Source: Deltaproteobacteria bacterium | GTDB lineage: Bacteria; Desulfobacterota; GWC2-55-46 | Direction of reading: 5' to 3' | Assembly (NCBI GenBank): GCA_016219115.1 | Contig: JACRCH010000139.1 | Location: forward strand, 1-60,218 | DNA length: 60,218 nt | Shown: positions 8,269-15,937 of the stretch, in pieces | Numbering within the stretch: the stretch's first letter is position 1 | Layout of the letters: each line of letters begins with the position of its first letter | The notes under the pieces: generated by a model | Told to the model about the DNA's origin: nothing | The model's input: only the letters and a program-made list of their open reading frames with translations | Database searches by the model: none | Made by a program: the position numbers and the translations under genes

Positions 8269-8886
8269 ATGAGAACATTCAAAAACACAAAGAGATTGGC
8301 GACGGTCCTTTTGATATCGATGGCCTGGCTGGGCTTGGCCTTTCCGTCGTTCAGCCGGGCGGCGGGACCTCAGGCTCAGGAGCAGGCCGCATACGAATAC
8401 AGGATAGGACCTGAGGACGTCCTTGAGATATCCGTCTGGAAGAACGCGGAGCTCTCCAAGACGGTCACGGTGCGCCCCGACGGCAAGATATCCATGCCCC
8501 TCATAGGGGATATACAGGCCGCCGGGCTCACGCCCGATGAACTGCGCGACAAGATCGTATACAGGCTTAACGAGTACCAGGAGGCCGCGATAGCCTCGGT
8601 GATAGTGCAGTCCGTAAACAGCTACAGGATATTCATACTGGGCGAGGTCAAAACCCCGGGGACGTACCTGTTAAAGACCAATACGACGATCCTGCAGGCC
8701 ATCTCGCTCGCGGGCGGGTTCACGCAGTACGCCGCCAAGAACAAGATAGTGCTGGTGCGCAGGAACTTGACCGGCGGCGCCGGGGACGAAAGGACCGTGA
8801 TAAGTTTTTCGGACCTTGTTTACGGCGATGACAAGACGGACAAAAACCTGGTGTTGCAGCCTGGAGATACCATCTTTGTACCTTAA
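8269..8886 (+). CDS. polysaccharide export protein (Wza/EpsE-like, Poly_export + SLBB)
   Basis: Signal peptide, the YRIGPEDVLEISVW motif typical of Poly_export, and SLBB-like ...LQPGDTIFVP at the C-terminus. Confidence 0.8.
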   Translation: MRTFKNTKRLATVLLISMAWLGLAFPSFSRAAGPQAQEQAAYEYRIGPEDVLEISVWKNAELSKTVTVRPDGKISMPLIGDIQAAGLTPDELRDKIVYRLNEYQEAAIASVIVQSVNSYRIFILGEVKTPGTYLLKTNTTILQAISLAGGFTQYAAKNKIVLVRRNLTGGAGDERTVISFSDLVYGDDKTDKNLVLQPGDTIFVP

Positions 8887-10024
8887 TTCCGGAAAGATAG
8901 CGGCGACGGCCCTTACGGCGTTATCCCTGTGCCTGCCGGCCGCGGCGGCGGCGGAAGTCGTGGTCAAACCGGCGGTAACGGCCGGGATCAGGTATGACAG
9001 CAACGCCACGATAAGCGCCGCGAACGAACAGAAAAAGGACGATTTTATCGTCACATTGTCTCCGCAGTTCGATATCATCAACGACCGTCAGAAGATAGTC
9101 TTTGATTTCATGTACAGGGTTACGGGGTTGTATTACCTTAAAGACCCGCAACTCAACACAATAAACCACTTCGTGACCGCCGATATGAAGGCCGAGTATT
9201 CTCAGACGACGAAATTCGACATCTCCGACTCCTTCTCATACTTGAGGCAGTCGCTTCTGGCAAGCCAGACGAACATCCAGACCAGCCGTTACAATATCAT
9301 GGCGAACACGGCCACGCTCAGGATGGAGCATGAATTCACGCCAAAGACATCGATGACGGCCAACATATCCGACAACGTCTTGAAGTACGAAGACCCGGCC
9401 GCCTATGACACCAGGACGGATTCCGCTGGCGTCGCGGAGGTCTATAAGATAACGCCGGCCACTTCGACGGACGCGGGTTACACATTCACGAACTATTCAT
9501 TTGAACCCTCCGGGTCCACAAAAGGCATCCAGACGCATACGCTCAGGCTGGGGCTGACCGAGCAGTTCTCCCCTACCCTGACGTTCAATATTTTCGGATC
9601 AGCCGTATATCAGAGCGGAGCCGGAAACAGCCGCGACTGGGAGAGCGGGGCCTCGGTCACAAAGGCATTCATGAGGTCTACGCTCAGCGGCGGATACGCC
9701 AGGACGGTAGCGACGACGTCCGGGCTCACCAACACGCTGGGCATAAACCAGACATATTCGCTGAGCTACGACTACAGGACCTCTGAACGTTCGGACGCCA
9801 TGATTTACGGCGCTTACTCCAAAAACCGGACCAGCCCCGCTTCCGTGGACCTTGAGTCCTACAACGCGGGGCTCAGGTGGGCGTATCAAATAAGGGAGTG
9901 GCTCGCCATAGGCGCGGGATACGACCACTTCGACCAGCGTTCCCGCGGCTCGGTGGGGACGGACGTAAGAAGAGACCAGGTGTACGTCAGCGCAACCGTC
10001 ACCCCGTATGAATGGAGGTTTTAG
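8816..10024 (+). CDS. PEP-CTERM-locus outer-membrane beta-barrel protein (uncharacterised)
   Basis: Signal peptide ...ALTALSLCLPAAAAAE, amphipathic beta pattern and aromatic terminus ...TPYEWRF. Start uncertain: ATG 8816/8828 overlap the upstream gene, while TTG 8876 gives a canonical-length signal peptide. Confidence 0.65.
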   Translation: MFTAMTRRTKTWCCSLEIPSLYLNSGKIAATALTALSLCLPAAAAAEVVVKPAVTAGIRYDSNATISAANEQKKDDFIVTLSPQFDIINDRQKIVFDFMYRVTGLYYLKDPQLNTINHFVTADMKAEYSQTTKFDISDSFSYLRQSLLASQTNIQTSRYNIMANTATLRMEHEFTPKTSMTANISDNVLKYEDPAAYDTRTDSAGVAEVYKITPATSTDAGYTFTNYSFEPSGSTKGIQTHTLRLGLTEQFSPTLTFNIFGSAVYQSGAGNSRDWESGASVTKAFMRSTLSGGYARTVATTSGLTNTLGINQTYSLSYDYRTSERSDAMIYGAYSKNRTSPASVDLESYNAGLRWAYQIREWLAIGAGYDHFDQRSRGSVGTDVRRDQVYVSATVTPYEWRF

Positions 10025-11499
10025 CTTTGGAGACGAACGGCAACAACATAATCTACTACCTTGAGGTCTTCTACAGGAGCAAATGGAAGATCGTCATCCC
10101 GACCGTGGCATGCACCGTCATAGCCGCGGTCATAGCCATAAGCCTGCCGTCGAAATACCGCTCGTCGACGCTGATCCTGGTAGAGCAACAGCAGGTCCCC
10201 GAGGCTTATGTAACGCCGACGGACAAGACCCCGTTCGCCCAGAGGCTCAACACGATCAAGCAACAGATCATGAGCAGGACGAACCTCGAGAAGATAATAA
10301 ACGACTTCAGCCTCTACAGGAGATCTGAAGGCGGTCTGATATCCAGGATTTCAAGCAAGCTCGGCGGAACGCGGGCCGCTCCGGGCAAGGAAGCGTCGTA
10401 TGAGCGGATGGCCGGCGATATCGACGTCAAGGTCCTCGGCGACAGGAGGTCCGAAGACGCCTTCAGCATCAGCTACACCGGGACAAACCCTTACGTCACA
10501 ATGCAGGTGACAAACTCCATGGCCTCGCTGTTCATAGAACAGAGCCTCAAGACGCGCGAACAGTACGCCGAGGGCACCTCGGACTTCCTGTCCAACGAGC
10601 TTGAGAACGCGAAAAAGGAGCTCGAGGGGCTTGAAAAGGCCGTAAAGGATTTCAAGGAGAGGAACATGGGGAGGCTCCCTCAACAGCTGGAGGCCAACCT
10701 GCGGACCCTCGACCGTTTTCAGATGGAGGTGCAGACCACCGCTATCGAGCTCCGGAACGCGGAGGAGAGGAGGGCCGCCATCGAAACGCAGATCAGCCAG
10801 ACAGGCGCGGCCGGCCCCGGCGTTGTCCTCGCCCCGGAGGCCGAGCTTGACAGGCTTCAAAACGAACTGGCGCGCCTGTTGTCGATGTACAGGGATAACT
10901 ACCCCGACGTGGTCATAACCAGGAAGCGGATAGCGGAGCTCAAGGAGCTACTGGCCAAATCGAACAAGAACGCGAGCAAGGCCGATGAAGCGGATGGCGC
11001 GGATGCGGCCGCGCGCAACCCGCGGGCCTCTAGCGCCGTTGCCGCCGCCAACTCGCAGATAACCGCCCTCAAGCAGAGGATGTCCGACCTGAAGAAGCAG
11101 ATAGCCCTGTATGAAAAAAGGGTCGAGGAAGCGCCCGCGATGGAGCAGAGGTTCACCAACCTGCGCAGAGACTACGACATATCGCTCAAGAACTACCAGG
11201 ACCTGCTCGCTAAAAAGCTCAGCGCCAGGCTCGCCGAGAGCCTTGAGAAGAGGCAGAAGGGCGAGCGGTTCAGGGTGCTCGACTCGGCCAACCTCCCTGA
11301 GAGCCCGGTAAGCCCGAACAAGCCGCTCATAGTCCTCATCGGCCTTCTCGCCGGACTGGGAGCAGGGTGCGGACTGGTCTACGCATTGGAGTTCCTGAGC
11401 CCGTCATTCAGGAACAAAGAGGAGCTAGAAGCGGCCCTGGGCGCTCCAGTGCTTGCCGTCATCCCGATATTCCTGGATAAACAGGGCGGAAACAACTGA
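10012..11499 (+). CDS. polysaccharide chain-length determinant / co-polymerase (Wzz/GumC type, PEP-CTERM locus subfamily)
   Basis: N-terminal TM within a Wzz-like segment (KWKIVIPTVACTVIAAVIAISLPSKYRSSTLILV), a long coiled-coil periplasmic region, and a C-terminal TM PLIVLIGLLAGLGAGCGLVYA. No kinase domain. Confidence 0.8.
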   Translation: MEVLALETNGNNIIYYLEVFYRSKWKIVIPTVACTVIAAVIAISLPSKYRSSTLILVEQQQVPEAYVTPTDKTPFAQRLNTIKQQIMSRTNLEKIINDFSLYRRSEGGLISRISSKLGGTRAAPGKEASYERMAGDIDVKVLGDRRSEDAFSISYTGTNPYVTMQVTNSMASLFIEQSLKTREQYAEGTSDFLSNELENAKKELEGLEKAVKDFKERNMGRLPQQLEANLRTLDRFQMEVQTTAIELRNAEERRAAIETQISQTGAAGPGVVLAPEAELDRLQNELARLLSMYRDNYPDVVITRKRIAELKELLAKSNKNASKADEADGADAAARNPRASSAVAAANSQITALKQRMSDLKKQIALYEKRVEEAPAMEQRFTNLRRDYDISLKNYQDLLAKKLSARLAESLEKRQKGERFRVLDSANLPESPVSPNKPLIVLIGLLAGLGAGCGLVYALEFLSPSFRNKEELEAALGAPVLAVIPIFLDKQGGNN

Positions 11500-11537
11500 A
11501 GCGGGCTTTCGGCGATAGCCGTGGAAGGAATCTTGGA

Positions 11538-12539
11538 ATGAAGAATCTACTGAGCGGACTGTTCGGAAAAAATACGAATACCGTAGAGCGCGCCGTACAG
11601 CAGGCGCCTCAGGCGGTGCCGCCCAGGCCCAGGGTATGGGCCGTCGGCGGATGCAAGGGCGGGGTCGGAAAGAGCGTTGTGGCGTGCAACCTCGCCGTGA
11701 TGCTCGCAAAGACCGGCAAGAGGGCGCTCCTCGTGGACGCCGACCTCGGGGCCGCCAACCTCCATACCCTTATAGGGGAGACGGAGGCCAAAAGAACGCT
11801 CTCCGGCTTTATCAAGTCCGAGTTCGACGATATAAGGCTGGCCATAGGCAAGACCGAAATACCGAGGTTGGACATCATAAGCGGGGCAAGGGATTCACTC
11901 GACGTGGCCAGCCTCAACGAGCATAAGGTGGCGAGGCTCCGCGAGGGGATCGGGAACGTCGCGTACGATTACGTCGTACTGGACACGGCCCCGGGGACGA
12001 CAAACGTCATACTCGATATATTCATGACGGCCAATGACGGACTTCTGGTGGTGACACCTGAGCCGACGTCCGTGGAGAACGCCTACAGGTTCATCAAGTG
12101 CCTCATCCTCAGGCGGATAAAGAAGATCCATGAATCCGATGAATCCGGAAGGCTCAAGAGTCTCCTTCAGAAGATACTGCACGAGAAAAAGGATCTAAGG
12201 CCGAGGACCGTCGGCAACCTCCTCGATGAATTGAGGGCGTACGACCATGGTCAGGGCGCCGTGCTCAGGGAACTGCTCAGGAACACGCGCCTCCATATCG
12301 TCGTAAATCAGGCGAGAAGGCCGGAGGACGGCGCCCTCGGATATTCCATGGAGCGGGCCTGCCACGACTTCTTCGGCCTCAGGGTGAGCTTCCTCGGCCA
12401 CATACCTTACGGCGACAGCGTCGTGGAGTCGGTGCGGAACAGGAAACCTCTTATAATAAATAACGGCGACAGCGAGCCGGCGAAAAGCATGGAAGGGATC
12501 TTTTACAGCCTGCTCCAGAGGGAAATAAAACCGATATAA
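11538..12539 (+). CDS. MinD/ParA-family (FlhG/BcsQ-like) P-loop ATPase
   Basis: Deviant Walker A GGCKGGVGKS, Walker A' LLVDADLG, Walker B VVLDTAPG. No TM segment and no tyrosine cluster. Confidence 0.75.
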   Translation: MKNLLSGLFGKNTNTVERAVQQAPQAVPPRPRVWAVGGCKGGVGKSVVACNLAVMLAKTGKRALLVDADLGAANLHTLIGETEAKRTLSGFIKSEFDDIRLAIGKTEIPRLDIISGARDSLDVASLNEHKVARLREGIGNVAYDYVVLDTAPGTTNVILDIFMTANDGLLVVTPEPTSVENAYRFIKCLILRRIKKIHESDESGRLKSLLQKILHEKKDLRPRTVGNLLDELRAYDHGQGAVLRELLRNTRLHIVVNQARRPEDGALGYSMERACHDFFGLRVSFLGHIPYGDSVVESVRNRKPLIINNGDSEPAKSMEGIFYSLLQREIKPI

Positions 12540-12558
12540 TCATAGCAGAGGGTCGATC

Positions 12559-13545
12559 GTGCATATGAATCTGAGAACCGTGAAAAACTACTACGAGATC
12601 CTTGAGGTCACTCCCGATGCCGCGCAAGACGAAATAGCGGAGGCTTACAGGAAGGCGCTTCAGGCGTACAACGACGAATCGCTGGCGGCGTACTCGCTCT
12701 ACTCGATCGGCGAGAAAAAGGCGATGATCGAGAAGATCTCCGAGGCCTACGACACGCTCAAGGACGAGGATAAAAAAAGGGAGTACGACGCGCGGCTCGC
12801 CGACGCGGACAAAAAAGACGGCATGGACGCCCCGGAGTTCGTCCTCTTCGACGAGGCCTCGGAGCTGGACGGCATGGATAATACCGTCAGCTTCAAAAAA
12901 CCGCTCGTCGTGATGGGAGACACCGACCCTGTGGCGGCCGAACAGTACCGAGTGCTGTACACAAGGCTCAGCCAGTTGAAGCAGAAGGACTCCCTGAGCG
13001 CCTTCGCCGTGACGAGCGCCGTTAAGGGAGAGGGCAAGACGGTGCTCTCCCTGAACCTGGCATATATCATAGCCGAGGAATTCAAGAAGCGGTGCATACT
13101 GGTCGAGTGCGACTTCAAGAAGCCTTCGGTCGCCTCGTACTTCGACCGGAGAGGGCCCGAGCACGGCCTTGTCGACATCCTCAAGGGGGAGGCCGACCTC
13201 GACGACGCGGTTACCAGGCTCGATGGGAGCGACAACCTGTTTTTCCTGCGGGCCGGCAAAAACGTGAAGAACTCATCCGAGCTCCTCGGGTCCGCGAGGA
13301 TGGAGGAGGTGACGGATGAGCTTGAAAAGGGGTTTGAATTCCTGATTCTCGACTGTCCGCCCATACTGCCGCTCGCGGACATGAACATCATCTCCAGGCT
13401 CGCCGACGGGCTGGTCATGGTTGTAAGGGCCGAGAGCACGCCCAGGAACATGGTGCGCTCGGCCATGGACTCGATAAAGGAGGGCAGGTTCATAGGCGTC
13501 GTGCTGAACGCGGCCCATACCTCCCTTAAAAAATACTACTACTGA
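12559..13545 (+). CDS. J-like domain fused to BY-kinase-type ATPase (tyrosine autokinase candidate)
   Basis: The N-terminus NYYEILEVTPDAAQDEIAEAYRKALQAYNDES...ISEAYDTLKDEDKKREYD is J-domain-like but lacks HPD. The C-terminal half has Walker A VKGEGKT, A' LVECD and B LILDCPP, and the protein ends ...KKYYY. Confidence 0.7.
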   Translation: MHMNLRTVKNYYEILEVTPDAAQDEIAEAYRKALQAYNDESLAAYSLYSIGEKKAMIEKISEAYDTLKDEDKKREYDARLADADKKDGMDAPEFVLFDEASELDGMDNTVSFKKPLVVMGDTDPVAAEQYRVLYTRLSQLKQKDSLSAFAVTSAVKGEGKTVLSLNLAYIIAEEFKKRCILVECDFKKPSVASYFDRRGPEHGLVDILKGEADLDDAVTRLDGSDNLFFLRAGKNVKNSSELLGSARMEEVTDELEKGFEFLILDCPPILPLADMNIISRLADGLVMVVRAESTPRNMVRSAMDSIKEGRFIGVVLNAAHTSLKKYYY

Positions 13546-13563
13546 GACGGGGCATGATCTGAC

Positions 13564-14958
13564 ATGTATCTCTTATTCAACAGATATGTAGCGCCGCAGA
13601 CGGTATTCCTGGCGCTCTCAGAGACAGCGCTGGTGTTTTTAACGGTGGTCCTGACGGCGGCCATACGGTTCTCTTTCATCGGGTCTTACGTATATGCGTA
13701 CGACCCCACGCTCCTGAAGACAATCGTAATGACCCTTACATACACCGCCGTATTCTACTACTTCGGCCTCTACAGCTCGGAGTTTTACCATCCAGGCCGC
13801 CAGATGATAATGAAGCTCCTCCAGGCGACCGCCGTATCGGCCGTGATCCTCTTCGGCATATACTTCATCTTCCCGTCCCTGAAGACGTGGCGCGGGATAC
13901 TGCTGGCCAACATGTTCCTGCTCCCTCTGGGGGTAGTGGTATGGAGGACCCTGCTGGCCGGCAGGCTCATGCCCGAGGCGCCGGAGAAAAGGGTGCTGAT
14001 AATAGGCACCGGGGAACTCGCCAGAAAGATAGGCACGGACATATACAGGAGACGCGGCCACGGGCTCAGGCTCACGGGCTTTATCGACGACGACCCGTCC
14101 AAGGTGGGCCAGTCCATCGTAAACCCCGGGGTCATAGGCTGCTTCGGCGACATCGCCGACATAGTCAAGGGCGAAAAGATAGAACGCATAATCATAGCGC
14201 TCCCGGACAGGAGGGCGCGTCTGCCGATGAGGGCGCTCCTGGACTGCAAGTTGAGGGGCGTCAACGTGGAGGAGGGGGAGACCTTCGAGGAGCGCATGAC
14301 CGGGAAGATCCCGCTCGACAACCTCAAGCCGAGCTGGATGGTCTTCTCCGACGGCTTCAAGTCCCTTCGGACCAGAAAGATAATGAAGCGGATTTTCGAC
14401 CTCGCAATATCAATGGCCGGGCTCGCCGTATGCGCCCCCGTCATGCTTATTACGGTGGTCCTGATAAAACTCGGTTCCAGGGGCCCGGTCGTATTCAAGC
14501 AGGCCAGGGTCGGCGAGCACGGCAAGGAGTTCAACATCTACAAGTTCCGCTCCATGAAACAGGACGCCGAGAGCAAGACCGGGCCGGTCTGGGCCTCTAC
14601 CGACGACGACAGGGTCACGCGCGTCGGCAGGATAATAAGGAAACTGAGGATAGACGAGCTCCCGCAGCTCATAAACATAATAAAAGGCGACATGAGCTTC
14701 GTCGGCCCGCGCCCGGAGCGCGCCTTTTTCGTAGATAAGCTCAAGGAGATAGTCCCGTACTACGAAATCAGGACGGTCGTAAAGCCGGGGGTCACGGGCT
14801 GGGCGCAGATCAAGTATCCCTACGGCGCCAGCGTCGAGGACGCCGTTGAAAAACTCCAGTACGACATCTACTACATCAAGAACATGTCCCCCTTGCTCGA
14901 TCTGATGATATTCTTCTTCACGATCAAAGTGGTGCTCACCGGCGAGGGGGCGAGGTAG
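13564..14958 (+). CDS. priming polyprenyl-phosphate sugar phosphotransferase (EpsB/WbaP type)
   Basis: N-terminal TM bundle, a central Rossmann-like segment (VLIIGTGELARKIG) and a C-terminal Bac_transf domain with DELPQLINIIKGDMSFVGPRPE. Confidence 0.85.
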   Translation: MYLLFNRYVAPQTVFLALSETALVFLTVVLTAAIRFSFIGSYVYAYDPTLLKTIVMTLTYTAVFYYFGLYSSEFYHPGRQMIMKLLQATAVSAVILFGIYFIFPSLKTWRGILLANMFLLPLGVVVWRTLLAGRLMPEAPEKRVLIIGTGELARKIGTDIYRRRGHGLRLTGFIDDDPSKVGQSIVNPGVIGCFGDIADIVKGEKIERIIIALPDRRARLPMRALLDCKLRGVNVEEGETFEERMTGKIPLDNLKPSWMVFSDGFKSLRTRKIMKRIFDLAISMAGLAVCAPVMLITVVLIKLGSRGPVVFKQARVGEHGKEFNIYKFRSMKQDAESKTGPVWASTDDDRVTRVGRIIRKLRIDELPQLINIIKGDMSFVGPRPERAFFVDKLKEIVPYYEIRTVVKPGVTGWAQIKYPYGASVEDAVEKLQYDIYYIKNMSPLLDLMIFFFTIKVVLTGEGAR

Positions 14959-15145
14959 TAACGTACCGGCGCAGAGCGCCTTGAACATGCACGGCGAACT
15001 CGCTCGGCCCTCGGCTTGGGGGACGCGGATAAGGAACAGATACATTCTTATATGTATAAGGCTCCACGCGGCCTGGGCCCAGTGGAGCTTCAACGTCCAA
15101 TAACCTCTCTTTTGGCGCGATATCGATTGAAAATCGCGCCTCAAG

Positions 15146-15157
15146 GGCGGTAGCATT
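15146..15157 (+). promoter_or_regulatory. ops-like element (GGCGGTAGCATT)
   Basis: The 8-mer core GGCGGTAG is exact and the last two positions deviate (TT vs TG). It lies 12 nt upstream of the NusG-paralog start, just 3' of a perfect 8-bp hairpin (15114-15121 / 15133-15140). Confidence 0.45.
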
Positions 15158-15168
15158 TTTAAAAACCC

Positions 15169-15669
15169 ATGAACGCCTCTATGCTGAACTGGTATCTGGT
15201 CTATCTTAAGCCGAGGAACGAAGACAAGATATCCGGTAGACTCTCGGATTGCGGGTTCGAGGTCTTCAATCCGAAGCTGAAGGAACGCAGGTTCATTAGA
15301 AGGAAGCTTGGCGACGTTATCTCCGCGTTGTTCCCCGGCTACATCTTCGTCAGGTTCGATTACCCTTCGGACTACCGCCTGATCAGCTACACAAGGGGGG
15401 TCAAGAAGGTCGTCGGGGCAGAGAACTCCCCTACCCCGGTGCCTCAGGCCATAGTAGACTCCATACGCGCCAGGCTGGTTGAAGGAGTGGCCGTGGTAAA
15501 GGCCCATAAGTTCACAGCCGGCGAAGCGGTGATGATCCAGGGCGGGCCGTTCAAGGGGCTCGACGCCATCTTTGAAAAAGAGATGAAGGGCATGGAACGG
15601 GTCTGCGTTTTATTAAGGGAGATAAACGCGCGGGTCGTGGTGGACGGCGCGGCGCTTGTAACGCCGTGA
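15169..15669 (+). CDS. NusG-family specialised antiterminator paralog (RfaH/UpxY-like)
   Basis: 166 aa. NGN-type start WYLVYLKPRNEDKISGRL and KOW motif FTAGEAVMIQGGPFKGLDAIFEKE. It is located inside a polysaccharide locus, not next to secE/rplK. Confidence 0.8.
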   Translation: MNASMLNWYLVYLKPRNEDKISGRLSDCGFEVFNPKLKERRFIRRKLGDVISALFPGYIFVRFDYPSDYRLISYTRGVKKVVGAENSPTPVPQAIVDSIRARLVEGVAVVKAHKFTAGEAVMIQGGPFKGLDAIFEKEMKGMERVCVLLREINARVVVDGAALVTP

Positions 15670-15805
15670 GATGCCGTTATTTTCTAAGGCGCGCGGTTAA
15701 AGCATCCGGCCTTTTCGCGCGATATAAATAAGAGACAGTTGCTCCATAAACAAATAATACTTTCCCCTCCAACAGGCGTTTTATACAATTAAAATGCACC
15801 TGAAT

Positions 15806-15817
15806 GGCGGTAGCCTG
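15806..15817 (+). promoter_or_regulatory. ops element, exact consensus match (GGCGGTAGCCTG)
   Basis: Matches GGCGGTAGnnTG at all 10 fixed positions, on the coding-sense strand. It sits in the 268-bp leader between the NusG paralog and the asnB-like gene. Confidence 0.6.
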
Positions 15818-15937
15818 TCCGGATATCGATAGTAAACCTCGACGGGAGCCTCTCCGCCGGGAAGAACGCTGAGATATTCTCTCCAAAACCACGCAAGGCG
15901 GGTCTTTGCGGATTAAACGCCCAGGAAAATTAAAAAC

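Noticed and set aside
12451-13493. 237-aa and 248-aa ORFs antisense to the J-like/BY-kinase gene
   Set aside because: This is the same pattern of shadow ORFs opposite a motif-supported gene. They have no RBS or domain signatures.
14410-15507. 365-aa minus-strand ORF spanning the sugar-transferase 3' end, the intergenic gap and the NusG-paralog 5' end
   Set aside because: It crosses two well-supported + strand genes and a hairpin-rich spacer, has no recognisable motif, and is most likely a GC-driven open frame.
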